From NCBI GenBank assembly GCA_021613535.1, contig CP075497.1:12338001-12402000 (forward strand): a stretch of 64,000 nt of DNA. The letters are read 5' to 3'. Under the pieces are notes generated by a model. That model saw only the letters and a program-made list of their open reading frames with translations. It searched no databases and was not told the DNA's origin. A program made the translations under genes and the position numbers. Origin of the DNA: Adineta vaga. Taxonomy: Eukaryota; Animalia; Rotifera. Below are positions 50,192 through 64,000 of the stretch, in pieces; positions within the stretch are counted from its first letter, which is position 1; each line of letters opens with the position of its first letter.

Positions 50192-51689
50192 TGTATTCTT
50201 TATTTTTTCATCCGAATAATATTAATTTCTGAAAATATAAAATAAAACAATCTTTCGACAAATAACGAAATGTATTCATATTATAGTTCGAGAAAGAATA
50301 GACGCCGTATTTACTAAAAGTATTTGGAATGAGAATAATTGCTGTTTCAGTCACATTTAAAACGAAATGAAAAAGTACAATAGTTATACAGATAAAATTA
50401 AAACTTATCAGCTGACTTGATAGTAAATGTGATCGATAATCAATTACTGACACAGCGTACGCTTTGTCAAATTTAAACAAGTATTCTCTTGTTACTTACT
50501 GAAATTTGTATGCAATTATCATTGCAATAAGTATGAATGCAAAGAAAAAATATATTTATTTATTTTGATCAGAAGCATAAACAAGTACAGAAGTATGTAC
50601 ATCAGTATTGGATACTTTTTCTTTTCTTTCTATATTTATGCATGTGTCAAGCTCGTAACATTGAAACAGCCAATAGAATTTTCCCTGTCGCAATCATCAT
50701 ATGTGTGCATACTCTTAAAATTATAAAATACAACGCTCGTATTGTTTTTTTACATTTCTCACAATAAATATAATAGAAAACAAGACATTCTAGAGCTGCT
50801 GATGTTAGATTGAAGCCTATATGTGCCAAATGAAAGAGCATACATCCTCTCGAATGATGCTTCTTTCTACAATTTCGATAATACGTGATTTATTCTTTCT
50901 TCCTCATTTTGTACTACATTTCTTCCTTTGTCGTACGTTATCTTTCAGTACATTTTTCTCTTTCTGAGATTGTGAAAATGTCAAGGTTGGTTCATATCAT
51001 TGAACTGATTAGGACGCCTTGAAAAAGGAGAGAAAGTCTGAATTGACATAGAGCACTCGAAAAACAGAAAAGAGACCGAACGTGGAGGAATACATAAGAC
51101 AGTTTTTCTTTTTTTTCTTGTGTGAGCGAGTTGATTTTGATATTATTAAAATAAAAGATTGAATTTTCAGAGTTTTCCGAACATCTTGAACTTTCTCGTT
51201 TCTCACATTGCACATTTATCAAATTAATCCACCAACACAGTTCCGTTACACTATATACAAAACTTTCACACTTACGCAAGGTTCGCTTATGTACTTATAA
51301 AGTCGATCAAAATTTTGTAGAACGATTTTCTCCCTTCCTTCTTCACATTGTAATGAAAAGGTTTGATCAACCCTGAATATATTATTAAGCCTTATCGTAT
51401 CGAATGACCTTTTCTTCGGTGAAGAAGCAAGATTATCAATCAAATGAATAATTCTTTTTTTCAAATATGAAAGATTAATTTGACATAAAATTTTTGCTTT
51501 ATTTTAAAATGAGATTCCTGATGAAGTTTTATCAAAGATTTTACAAAGAAACATAAAGCATTCAAACAGTTCGAGAAAACACAAAGTGAAGTGGGTGAGA
51601 AACAATTACCCAAGACGATGATTTCGACCTCCGGAACTAGCTGTAATCGGCCAGAAATGTTTTAGAATACATTAAAAAGAACTAAGGAC

Positions 51690-51766
51690 ATTCCGATCTT
51701 GAATGCAGCTTCTTTAAAATCACAGGAATATCATGGAATCAACCGTTTTGGTACCGGATGCTTTGA
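51690..51766 (-). repeat. Dispersed repeat fragment, copy 2 (inverted relative to 2085-2162)
   Basis: Reverse complement AAAGCATCCGGTACCAAAACGGTTGATT...GAAGCTGCATTCAAGATCGGAAT. Confidence 0.65.
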
Positions 51767-52881
51767 AATGAAAAAACCTTGTAATCTGTTGCTTTAATAC
51801 AATTTTGATAGAAAGATAATTAAAGATCTCTTTCATATTGCAAATGTTCGTCGTCGGGAACCAAAATTTTAAATGATTATGTAATAGAAATATAATCAGC
51901 ATTATTTAACAAAGAATCGTCCGGATCTAGGTCCTGAATATTTCCTTATGTATCATTTTGATTAAGTGAGTGATGATTCTTCCATATATAAACAATACTC
52001 AAAAGCTGGATGCAACCATCATGTATTATGAATAACTAGTTGAATCTTGAACTTTTCAGTTACTTGACTATTCGTTCAAGTCTTTCCACAGATGTTGATG
52101 TTGTTTTTGGGAAAATGTGGATGGGAAATAACTGATATTTGAGTATGAAATTATTGACAATTCCAATTTCGAATTGTTTTATTAGATATAGCATCATTGT
52201 GATTATCCAAGCGTTTGTGACATTTTGAAACCGATTGGGTATATCTTATTTGCTCATAATATACTTCGATGGAAGACGTAATGATAATATGAATCTCTTC
52301 ATCGATTAGTACTATAATTCATTTTTGTATGATGAAAAGTGCATTTTTTCTGAAAATCTTTATCATATCTTAGAAAAAAACACTTGTTTGATCGTTTTCT
52401 TTCGTTTTCACTATAGCATCACAATAACTACAAGCTTTAGAAAACTAATAGAGTCTATCGAAAGAACATTGAGATTTCGATATTTCTTTCTCAAAATCTG
52501 TGCCATTCTTGATAATAATATTTTGTTTTTGTATTACTAGCGTGACATATATTGAAGATTTTATATCAATGATAAAGTGAAAGTAAATTCGTGTGTATTT
52601 AGTGACATCTGTCGACCTTCACCCTTATGTGATTTTTTCATCTTATTGCATGAAAACAAACAAAAACTGAAGAATATTAAAAAAATTACTTTTGGAAAAT
52701 ATGAAAATATTATTTTCTATTTGATTCAATTGATGAATCAATGATGGGACTGAATAACCTCCTATGAATGACTATGAATGTCGTATGTATGTTCTTCTTC
52801 TTTCCAACTCATTGTTCGTGATCATATATTTGGTTTCAGTCTGATTAATAATCAAATCATTGCATATTATTATCATTCCAA

Positions 52882-53919
52882 ATGAGTACAAATCCTGAAA
52901 TGAGCGTTTCAGCAGCAACTGCTGGTGAATTAAATCAGCCAAAACCTCGTTGGATGCCTTTAGAAGGAAATCCTGAAGTAATTTTTACGAAATTCCTTGT
53001 CATTCGATTTATTTCTTAATTTCTTTTCCAGGTTTTGAATAAATATTTGAAAAATTTAGGTGTTAAAAATGATGATTATGAATTTGTTGAAATTATTGGA
53101 TTTGATGACGAACTTCTTGCATTTGTTCCTCAACCAGTATCAGCTGTTCTCTTAATATTTCCAATAACTGAAGCAGTAGGAATTTTCTTTAATAAATTTT
53201 CTCATTGAAAATCCTTTGAAATGAATTTTAGCATGAACAACATCGTTTAGAAGAATTTGAAGAAGCTGCACAATCACCACCCGATTATTCTCAAGCAATC
53301 TATTTTTTAAGACAAACAATCGGAAATGCATGTGGATCGATTGCTGTTATTCATTCAGTTGCAAATAACCTCGAAAAATTTCAACTTGATTGTAAAAATT
53401 TCTAAGAAAAGCGACGAATCAATCGGTTCATTTTAATTTTTTTTCAGCACATAAACCATTGGCACAATTTATGGAAACAACAAAGTTAATGACACCTGAA
53501 CAACGTGCTGAACATTTGAAACATGCAATGGATATGGCAACTGCTAATGATACAATTGCAGAAGAAGGAGAATCACGAGTAGGAAAATTTCAATGGTAAA
53601 GAAAATAAATCAATCTCATGTGATTTCTTTTAGGTTATTGATCGTGATGAACATGTTAATTTACATTTTGTATGTTTCGTTAATGTTAATAATGAACTTT
53701 ATGAATTAGATGGTCGACATCCACATCCAATTAAACATAAAGTTCCATTACAACAAGGACAAGCACTTGATTTATTACGCGTATGAAAGTTTTTCTTTTC
53801 ATTTTGATTGATTAATTCATTCGTTTTTTTAGAGTACCAAAAATATTATATTAAAATTAATCGACCATGCCGGTGGAGATATTCGATTTTCTATGATGGC
53901 TTTAACGAAAACAACATGA
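52882..53919 (+). CDS. Ubiquitin C-terminal hydrolase (UCH-L1/L3 type), six exons; absent from the ORF track
   Basis: [31 protein letters not shown] (catalytic Cys), LHFVCF (His), ELDGR (Asp), RFSMMAL. Confidence 0.93.
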
Positions 53920-54417
53920 ATGAGAAAACAAAACGATTTTTATTTCTTTCTGCATATTTTATTTTTTATCGAATTTGATTTGTAACTGAACTATTTCATC
54001 GAATTCGTCAAAGAAAATAAAAATAAAAAAACCATATCATTCAATAACGAAAGCATTCATAATCAACAAGATATTCACTCAATTATTTGAATGAAAGAAT
54101 AAATAATCGTCATTGTTTTTTTCAAATAAATAGATGTTTCACAGTCATTAAATGAGAACTAGTATAAGAATTACATTGCCTACTTAGTTTATTTACACAT
54201 TTTTCAATCTATTCTTTTCGTCATGACTTTTAAACGAAAGAATTTTTTTCTCTTTCAACCATTTAAGAGCATTAAGAGGAAAGGGTGGAGGCGTGAGAAA
54301 GCTGAAAAGAAAAAAAAGTTGTTGTCTTTGTTAAAAAAATCGTATTTCGATTTTATTCGACTATCAAAGCAACAGTTTTTTTATTCTCTTGTCAACATTT
54401 GAAAGTAAAAGTGAAAT

Positions 54418-55456
54418 ATGTTAAATCCAGATAAAACAACATTTCTTTTAATATGGCCCCGGTGTTTTATCGTATTTTTGGGTCTGATTGAATTGCTTGC
54501 TTTTGTGATGTTTATTCTAACAGAACTTTGCAGTGTAGCAGCAAATTTTTGGATAACAAATGTTTTTGCTGGTGGGTGGTGTGGAATCGTTGTTCTCATT
54601 CATGCCATTGCATTATTTGTTGCTGGTAAAACAAATTTTTTTTTCTTCTGAAAAGGAAAAGAAATACATTTACTGTTTTTTAGGACTTTGTTCTCCTGGT
54701 CCATCATCTGCATTTCGTGCTGCTCTTCTAACAATTTTATTATTTATTGCTTGTGGTGCATTAATTTCGTTTGATATCGCATTTTTAATTCAGCCAACAA
54801 CATGTATATTGACTTCATCATGTTCTGCAAATGCTTATTCGTCGACAGCATTTAACTATGGATTTCGTTCATCATTTTATCAAGTGTTTAATAGTTGGGA
54901 ACCATTTAAAACATATTCCGAAAGTCAAGTTAAAGTTCTTTGTCAAGCAATTCAATTAGGTCTTGCTGGTCTTTGTCTTATTTTGGGAATTGCTTATTTA
55001 GTTATCTATTTTGAATGTTTAAGAAGATTGAAAAAACATCAACAAATCGGACCGAACCTTTCGCCAAAACCAAATGATTATAATACTCTTCAAGATAATT
55101 ACATGTCACCACTACCCAATGGACAACGAATTTTGTCATCATCATCACCGCCACCACCACCAGTTACACCTGGTCAAGTTTATCCCAATGCTTATCCTCA
55201 ACTACCAAATCAACAAGTTTATATGATGCACCCACCAGCTCAGCAAGTTTTTGTTGCTCCACCTCCTCCTCAACCTCAACTCGTTTATTATCCTCCTCCT
55301 CCTCCTCAAGTACCTTCATCAGGCATTCAATCAATGTATTATGGTCCTCCACCTCCTGCCCCACCACCACAAGCGGCTGCTTGGCGACCACCAGTTCCAT
55401 TTTCAGCTCAAGCTCAATCAACTGTTAGACCTTGGTATGCACACAAAAATAACTAG
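54418..55456 (+). CDS. Four-TM (MS4A/MARVEL-like topology) protein with Pro-rich cytoplasmic tail; exons about 54418-54625 and 54684-55456
   Basis: Four hydrophobic helices, AGGWCG motif, Cys-containing loop, poly-Pro C-terminus. Confidence 0.75.
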
Positions 55457-56094
55457 AATAATTCAACGAGATATGAATTTTTTTGAAAGTTTGATTAATT
55501 GTTCGTTTTTAAAATATGAACATCGAAGATTTCATGAATCATCACAATTTTTCTTTTTCATTTTTACTTCATTTTGTCTTTTTACAAAGCAAACAGACAG
55601 TTTCATTGATTATTCTTCTTAAGTCACAATGTTATAATAACAGAAGACATATTTATATCTTATTAAATGACTTTCAAGGTTCACGAACAAAAGACAAAGT
55701 TCTTAAACATTTGTTATTTTATGTCACACCCTTTTATTCGATTGTAATTTTTTTTCAAAGTGATGTGAACAAAAATTATCACAGGGTTAAAATCATTTAA
55801 GTTCTTGATCGACTTGAAAAGTAATTCAACTCAAATAAATCAAGAATCCTTTCAAAATATATTCGATCTACCAATCATTGTCTTTCGAACATTATTCATT
55901 AAAAGATTTTTCGTCTTTCAAATGATTTGGTTAAAATCCGAAGGTCAAATTTAATGTATATAGTTCGATAGTGATCAATGATGATTTGTATCTTTAGTAT
56001 TACATCATTCGCATAACGTTTATTTCCCCTTGAGTCGAATGTTCATAGTTGAATGATTTTCTTTTTTTTCTCGTTGACCAACGTTTCATTTTGA

Positions 56095-57773
56095 ATGAAT
56101 AAACCAATCATGGAAGACGAATTACCTTTGAAACTTATTGAATTATCTGATTTTCTTCGTTCACCATCAATTCTTTCTAAAAGACTTTACTATAAACAAC
56201 CAAAACTTGATGAAACTTTACAAGCAAATCAACCAAACAAAATCAAACAAGAATTGAAATCGAAAGAACCGGTTTCTGGAATTATTCTATTAACACAAAA
56301 AGCAATTTCCAATGAAACTCATCAAACAATTACCGAAGAGAAGAAACAAAATGAATTATTTGTACCAAAAGATATCATTGTCTTCGCCGATGATATCGAT
56401 CGAAAAAAACTTGGCATTTTTCAAAAATCAAATAATTATTTTTCGAGGTTTTATTTCAATTATAAACGAAACAATATATGAAGCAAAAATATCTTTTTCT
56501 TTAGACATTTATTAATTACATCAGGTGCGGCACTTCAAGCTTTGATATCACCATTAACTAATGCAAAAGAATGGATTATTGTTTGTAAATTGAAATATTC
56601 TAAACGTTATACAAAACAACCATCAATTCATGGTTTTGAGATAACGAAATTGTTTCAGTTTTGTTTTTTATTTGATTTGTTTAGGAACTGTGATTATTTC
56701 ATTGAATATTACTCATCCATTAGTTCGTTATGAACTTTTAACTGCTTTGGATTTATTACAACAATCATTCAATGAAATCAAATCAGCTTATATTGTGGTT
56801 TGTTTGAAATTGACAAATAGAAAAGGAAAGATTTCGTTTTTCTCTAATTCAGGTTGATTTTTCACAAATTTTAATTCGTTGGTTCAAAACTTATCTTCAA
56901 CGAACTGATCAATACCCATCGTTATCGAATCGCTTGCTATATCGATATCGATTTCAAGCGTGGAAATGTTCAATTACTTTAGGAAAAAGACAATTAAATC
57001 AAGATAATGATTATCAACATTTTAGTTTAAATTTACAAAAAATGGTAAATATTTCATTTGAATTATTCAATTAAAACGGATAGGGTTCGATAGTAAGTAT
57101 ACTCTTCGCCGAAACGGATGAATTATTGATTCGTGCAATTCAGATTCTGTTTAAGGATCTCTCAAAAATCGGCGAAAAGTGTGATTACTTTTGTTTTGAC
57201 CGTGTTATTTTCTATGAAATTATTCCGTAGCAAAATGTTTAATGAATTCTTATTTATTTCATTTTAGTTGCATAAATCCGATATTCCAATGCAGATTTAC
57301 ATTGATTTTAATTCATTACCAACAAATGTTTATTCAATTGAATTAAATAATATCTTTATCTATTCAATGAGTTTGTTTCTTTTTCTTTTGTTTCTAGTTT
57401 TATTTTCTATTTCTTAGATAATGATTACAAACAAATGATAAAAGATATGGGAAATGGTTTATCATTAATTTCTATTCAAGATTTCAACAATTGTTTAAAA
57501 GAACAAGGAACAAAATCGATGAAAACATCAAGTTTGACTGAAAAAGAAGAAAATCAACAAAAAGATGACACAAATTCTATTCTAGCGACATATGAACCTA
57601 ATGAACAAGAACGAGCTTTGCTAGAAAAACTTTGGGATAATCGAATAAGAATTCAAATGCAACATCAACAATTAATGATGAAAGCAACACGATTAATTTC
57701 TTTTCCATCGATAAATAATGATTTAATTAATAGAAAAATTAATCAACAAACAATAAATTCGATTCCTTATTAA
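56095..57773 (+). CDS. Multi-exon protein of unknown function
   Basis: About six coding-like exons separated by short GT-AG introns; TAA at 57771-57773 followed by AATAAA; no recognised domain. Confidence 0.55.
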
Positions 57774-60700
57774 ATTTTCAATAAAATTTAATTTCAACTT
57801 GAAATATTTCATATGAATGACAATGACAAAATGATCGAGAGAGATTCTATTTTCTGAAAAACTATTTAGACGAAAATGATGTTTGTATTCTTTTTATTAA
57901 GTTGAGCAATTATGATTCGTTCTTTTTTTTAATTTCCAATCGACATTTCTCAATGAACACAAACTTGGAAGAAGAAAAAACAGATAAAATCGAAGTATAA
58001 ATATCAATGTTCTATCAGATGTTGTTGAGTAATAATGTCGTTGAAATGTTGATCTGACTGTTCATTTGTTTTCGATATTATTGAGAGAAGTTTTTATAAA
58101 ATTCTCAAATGGACTATATTTGCAATTGCACCAGAGATTCACTTGAATTTTGAGCATATTATAAATAGGATGATTATTTCTTTTCATATCGTTCCATTGA
58201 AATGTATTTCGAGCAAAATATTGATTGTTTAACGGATATGGAAGACGATAAATCAATGAAGTTGGACTTGATTGAATTGAACACAATTGACTTGAGGGTG
58301 GTACCAGCAATGTAAAGTTTACTTGACCAAATAAACCGGTAAATTTCGTAGCTGAATATCTATTCTGTTCGAGAATAAGCAGACGTCCAAAAGCATGCGT
58401 AGTGGTGTTGAAAAGCTTCATCGAACAATCAAATGATTGTTTCAAACATGTATTTTTGATGTCACCAGAGAGATTTTTGTGTTTTGACTCATCATTCTCG
58501 TGATACATTTTAAATATTAAATGGTTAAGAACTTTTTTTGAAGTAATCTAAAAACAAATAAAACAGAATTAATGTATATTCATACATAGAGATCTATTGA
58601 AGGTTCTTAAAGATGTAGCAGTCTACGATTTACTTTTTTCTTCAATAATTCATATGTTTAAGTAGAGATTTTCTTTTCTGGTTTATAGTTTGATGTTTAT
58701 TCTTTTGAAACGGAAGAAGAAGTCCAGAAATAAAAGCAAGACGGACATTTTGTGGAAAGTGATAGCACGAAAACATATCATGAATCAGCACTAGGTTTGA
58801 TGTTACTACTTTGATTCACTGAAGAAATAGAAAAACAGCGGTAGAGTCTGAGAGAACATTTTGTTCAAGGTTAAAACGAGATGTAAAATTAACTAATATG
58901 ATAACAACAAATGAAAAACAAAAGAAAAGAAGATAAATTTGAATGAACGAAATAGAAGGAAATTTTATCTGAAGACTGATGTTTAATGTTCCTAAGATTT
59001 GAACCATTGATATAGTTTTAGTCACCAGCTTATATTTGATTTGAACATAATGTAAGCATAACTTCAGGTAAACATTTTGAAATATCTGGTTGACGGAGTT
59101 TTATCGATAACGGATTTTATTCGGTTCATTTGCATATAACTATTATTACTAAAATAAACACCTTCATTGTTTTGTATGGGACGATCTAATCCTATATAAA
59201 AGATATGTGAACGATTCTGATAAATTATATATATATATATGTTTTTTGTTACCTAATATTGCACCTGCATTCATCTCAAAATATTTTTTGTTTTTATTAT
59301 TATAATCCTGATTATTTTTATGGATAGTGTGGTAGAGAAAATCAGATTTTGATAGTATTGGATACATCAACTTAAAAGCGGTTTCGAAAAACAATTTGAA
59401 GAAAGACATGTTAGTTAAATGAAATAAAATCGATCTAAAAACAAAAGAAAAGAAAGTGTGATAGATATTGAAAAGTATGAAGATATGTGCTGCTATTTCT
59501 TCAAATACATATTAAAGGGTGAATTAATTACTGCTGGTATTACATCATATTTTTTTGTAAAACAATATAAATGGAAGTACAACAGCATAATAGTTTATTT
59601 AGGAATGATCAACAAAAATTTAGAATGACCATCGATAGACGTGTGTGGATCCAAATTAACCAATGAATCATATCTGTTGAAAAATTTCAGCTGAAGAACC
59701 TGCTCGACGATATATTTTTATTTATTAAATAAATTGAAATTATAATTTTTTTGTCCAGATATAAAGATTGAAATATAGTCGATAAATATCGATAGTTGAG
59801 ACAGTAGCAGACATATTGAGGAGGCAGCAGGCACATTCACTTTTTTTGTAGCAGAGAAATGTAGTTTTTCTTGAGAAAAACCTAACCGTAAAATTGTCAA
59901 CGTAATACAAGTATCGTATACGGAAGAAAAAAATGATTCGCGATCGACGCGCAAAAAGATTCGTTCATTTATTTTGTCAGAAAAATTAGCAGTTTTTTTT
60001 GGAAAACCTGTCAGAATGAAACATCGTTTTGTTGAAATACGAGATAACACAAACCTTTTCTGTTTCTATGCTTTTCAGATCCTTCGATGATTACATAATT
60101 CAGTTAGATAAGATTAGGACAATTTATATCACTTTTTCAAAGGAGATATAAAGAAAGAGAATTAGATACATACTATCATTGTTCTAGCTTTAGAATTGTT
60201 GTTTGTATAGACTAAGTATGCAAATATAACTGGTGAAACGAATGACAATAGATTTTTTCCACTAACGATTTTAGTCAAATTTGATAACGTAATAGAAGTA
60301 TTTAACAATCATCTTTTAAGTAAACAAATAAACTTCTTTCATTTCAATGCCAAGTTAAAAACAAGATTAGGAAAATCATAGGAATCTTTGATGATATATA
60401 ATAATACAACATGCAGTATATTTCATCACGACTCGATCAAAAACGGTTTACTCAATTCAATTAATAATAAAAATATCTACAACAATTGAATTGGTAATAT
60501 TTGTCAATCTATTGAAACGTACTATCCTGAGAACTTATTAAATGAACATCTATAGTTTATTAATTGATTCATATAGTCATATATAATCAAGACCAATTGC
60601 TTTCATCTTTTGTTGATGAAGTTTTTGAAAAATGAATGATCATGCTCAGTTTTCACAATCTGTCAGGTTCTTTTCTACTGTGCACATGATTCACCATCGT

Positions 60701-61749
60701 CATTCGATAGTTCGTCTTCAATTAGTTATATTTAACGATTACCAGCTGATGCATTCATCCTTCTAACAAATGCCTTGAAAAACATCATCGTCAACATTAT
60801 TATGACTATTTTGAAGTCTTTCATCACTAACGATTCCGTATACATCTTTTCTTGAATGAAAAACTGAGCAAATTGAACAAGTGCCATTAGGAACAACTTC
60901 AACGTTTATTGAAGATGTTTTATGCTTGATTGTCCTCGACACAAGTGAATAATTTATCTTGAAGTCTTGCATGAGAAAGGAAATAAATAGATAAGTGAAA
61001 AGAATTCTATTATAAAAAAAATGAGAAGAGCAAATAACTGATAAAATACTTTTCTATCCAATACAAATGCCTTGTGTAATGATTGTTGGAAATAAGTTAA
61101 CTTTTATACTAAAATAGAACATTGAAGAACATGTACGGATAAAAAACGAATGATTTATTTTATAAAATCACAACGACAATAACAACAAGAAAGAGATATG
61201 TGATTTATCCCCATTCAACCTTTCTAACATGATTTTTCATTTATTTGATGTTTATTTTCGATGTTTTCTTTTTTAGTATATATAAAACATGACAATTTTC
61301 AAACGCATGATATCTGGTCTTGATTAAAACAGTTTGATTTCCTTTTTCCTATTTTGAAAGCTTTAAAACATGGGATTGTGTTTAGTGAAAAATACTCGAC
61401 ATTTGCTATGATTTAACTATAGTTTGCGGAAAGGAGATGGATGTTAGTATTGTTGTGTTTATTAAAAATGGTTGAACATTTCAATCTGTCAGCAGATATT
61501 GTTTGGGCATCGATAAAATTTTATACTTTCTTTCTTCATTTGGTAACAAAAGGGAGAAAATTACAATAGATAGTTCATAGATCGTCGAACATTGGTTTTT
61601 GAGAAATCCGGTATCGAATGATGAAATAAAGTTTGTTATTGGTGATGATTAAAAGTGATTCGGAAAGTAAGAAGTATATGGTGTTTTATCCTTTTAATAT
61701 TATTCAAACTATTTCTCTGAAAGCAGCATTAAGTTGACATAGCAATGAA

Positions 61750-63365
61750 ATGGATGACAATAAACCTCAAACATTGTATGTACATGAGAATTGATTGATA
61801 ATATTCATAAATGAGATAATATTTTAGATCTATACCTATTCCAAAACGAAAAAAGAAGTCCTGGATCAGTTTAATCTTTGTACTTATTGTGATAATCATA
61901 GGCATAACGATCATATCGAAGTTCGTCATTGCAAAGAAACAAACAACAACCACAACAGTAGAAACATCAACTACAGAAAGTACAACAATAAAAACAATTC
62001 CATTCACAGAAACAGAAATGACATCAATTGCTTCAAGGGAAATAATGCAAGGTAAATGTATTTTCTCTTCGAGAAACCTATACGAAATAACTCATCTCAC
62101 TACTTTATATTTTGTTGATGTGTACTCGATACTTAAACAAAAAGTCTTTTGATATCTGACTGATTTATCTAATACATTTCTCTAGCTTCTCTTGTTAGAG
62201 CAGAATCAAGATGAGAAGAAAAGTTTTAAAAGAAAATAAATCTCATTCGAAAGATCCTTTCCAAACGTTCTTTTCATACCGTAACTGTTGTTAATGGTTG
62301 ATCGACGGTTATATTGAAAGGAAATAGTAACCATCTCCAAGTGAGAGTTTTGGTACCTCTTCGAAGCTGAAAATTCCTCTTCTTCGCTTCTGCAGACGTT
62401 TTGATTTTATTTTGAGATTAAACAAATCTAACACATCTTCTTCTCATATAGTCAATGAGCAGACAACATGGAAACCATATGGAATAATAATAGCCGGTGG
62501 TAATGGGCCGGGATTTGTGGTCGATCAACTTAACCAGCCCATAGGATTCAATTTGGATGATGACATGTCATTGTATATCGCTGATCAGCGCAATAATCGT
62601 ATTGTCAAATGGCAATTGAATTCTTTCTTTGGTCAAGTCGTTGCACATGGTAACGGAAATGAAAATGGAATACATCAGCTGTATAGTCCATCAGATGTAC
62701 TCCTTGATAAGAATAACCTTTCTCTCATTGTCTGTGAACGGGAAAGACATCGACTGACCAGAGTTTTCCTTCAGGAACCAATCAAACCACCCGAAGTCAT
62801 TCTTAAAACTGCTTGCAATTATTTAACACGTGATCACAATGGCGATATCTACATTTCTGATCTTGGTGGCGAGTCAGTGAAACGATGGCAGGAAGAACAG
62901 TCACGATTGAAAATTATAGCTGGTGGAAACGAAAGAGGAGATGCTTTAAATCAACTCCATTATCCGCAAGGTATTTTTGTAGATAACAATTCTTCAGTTT
63001 ACGTAGCTGATACAAACAATCATCGAGTGGTGAAATGGGCCAGAGATGCTGAAGAAGGGATTGTTGTTGCTGGTGGACAAGGTGTAGGAAATGGCGCCAT
63101 GCAACTAAATGGTCCTTCAGGATTAGTTCTCGATCATTTCGACAATATCTATGTAGTTGATGGGGGAAATGCTCGCGTGATGCGCTTTCCAAAAGGATCA
63201 CAAAATGGTACCGTTATTATTAGTCGATTTACAGATAAACAGGGTGTGGGCAGCTTGTATTTTCCGCAAGATATCTTATTTGATCGACAAGGAAATCTTT
63301 ATATCGTCGACAGTTTTAATTTTAGAGTACTGAAGTTTGAAGTCGAGTGTTACAGTGATTGCTGA
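61750..63365 (+). CDS. Type II membrane NHL-repeat (beta-propeller) protein; exons about 61750-61775, 61828-62051, 62452-63365
   Basis: KRKKK then TM helix, Thr-rich stalk, then NHL repeats (QLNQPIG..YIADQRNNRI, QLHYPQGIFVD..YVADTNNHRV); start exon uncertain. Confidence 0.85.
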
Positions 63366-63645
63366 TACTATTTAATTAATCTTCTTTTCGTAAATTTGCT
63401 TTCGCTTCAAAACTTATCCAAATAATAGATAGAGAATCAATCAGAAGATCAATAGTATCCCTATATCTCGTTCACTAAATTGTAAGTTCATTGTACCAAT
63501 TATCGACTTAAAACTATCATCTGTATTTACTTAAAGTGTGCTGATAGAGATAGAACCTTTATTTGCCCTTAAAAGAAATACAAGAAGCTTACATTGATCA
63601 AGTATTTTCAGATATCATTCGAAGTCGATCTTTTTGACATAACAA

Positions 63646-64000
63646 TCAATCAGAACTCATATTGGTTTTCTTGTTGCACAGTTGAGTTATTGAATCGTTT
63701 ATTCCGTTTGAGTTTATCGATAATTGAGAAATCAACTTGAAAATGGTATTAATTCCACCGATAAGACCTATGATAATCGTGCACAAATAGATTATATTCG
63801 TTTTTTTCATAAGTAGACGAACAGAACGATGATTTACATTGTTGATAAACTTTGTCAAAAGAATACGAGATATGCCATTGTTCAATCATCATTTCATCAA
63901 TAGTTCTTTCGATTGATGTATTCAAATCACATGTACTAGATTATGTTGGATACAATGCAGTTGCACGATGAACAATTGAAATATTGAAAGTAATTATATT
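63646..64000 (-). pseudogene. 3' end of a disrupted membrane-protein gene running off the window edge
   Basis: IDEMMIEQWHISYSFDKVYQQCKSSFCSSTYE then, after a frameshift, IIYLCTIIIGLIGGINTIFKLI; one in-frame TAA upstream. Confidence 0.6.

Noticed and set aside
51900-52650. Possible glycosyltransferase relic (TDVDVVF DxD-like motif near 52087)
   Set aside because: Single short motif amid stops; insufficient support
57960-61000. Minus-strand ORF fragments (58062-58508, 59164-59409, 60763-60972)
   Set aside because: Probably decayed genes, but no consistent exon chain or family could be established

Overview
AT-rich eukaryotic (animal) genomic DNA with many short (about 45-65 bp) GT-AG introns, so the ORF track shows most genes only as fragments. 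The gene content (innexin, NHL-repeat protein, TPR-linked ADP-ribosyltransferase relic, DraG-like ADP-ribosylglycohydrolase, intronless bacterial-type DUF4386-like gene) and intron style suggest a bdelloid rotifer; this is inference, not a database result. Conserved genes: divergent intronless calcineurin A, mitochondrial AspRS, LASP, an ankyrin protein, G-alpha(o/i), innexin, an MLCK-like kinase, an RBM47/A1CF-like RRM protein and a UCH deubiquitinase. Between them lie orphan or HGT-like genes, several pseudogenes (collapsed calcineurin copy, ART-TPR, TMEM222) and small TIR elements. Top leads: (1) a tandem pair of orphan secreted prepropeptides sharing a W-A-x-x-F-x-x-S-Q-x-x-Y-[ST]-I-A-F-P-A-L-[LI]-R-S-R motif and four conserved upstream DNA blocks; (2) a possible ADP-ribosylation theme: an N-acylated eraser, a dead writer, and a G-alpha lacking the pertussis-toxin target Cys; (3) a calcineurin with remodelled regulatory segments plus a microhomology-collapsed duplicate; (4) an MLCK-like kinase with two alternative large N-terminal exons. 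Exon boundaries were read by eye and may be off by a few bases.
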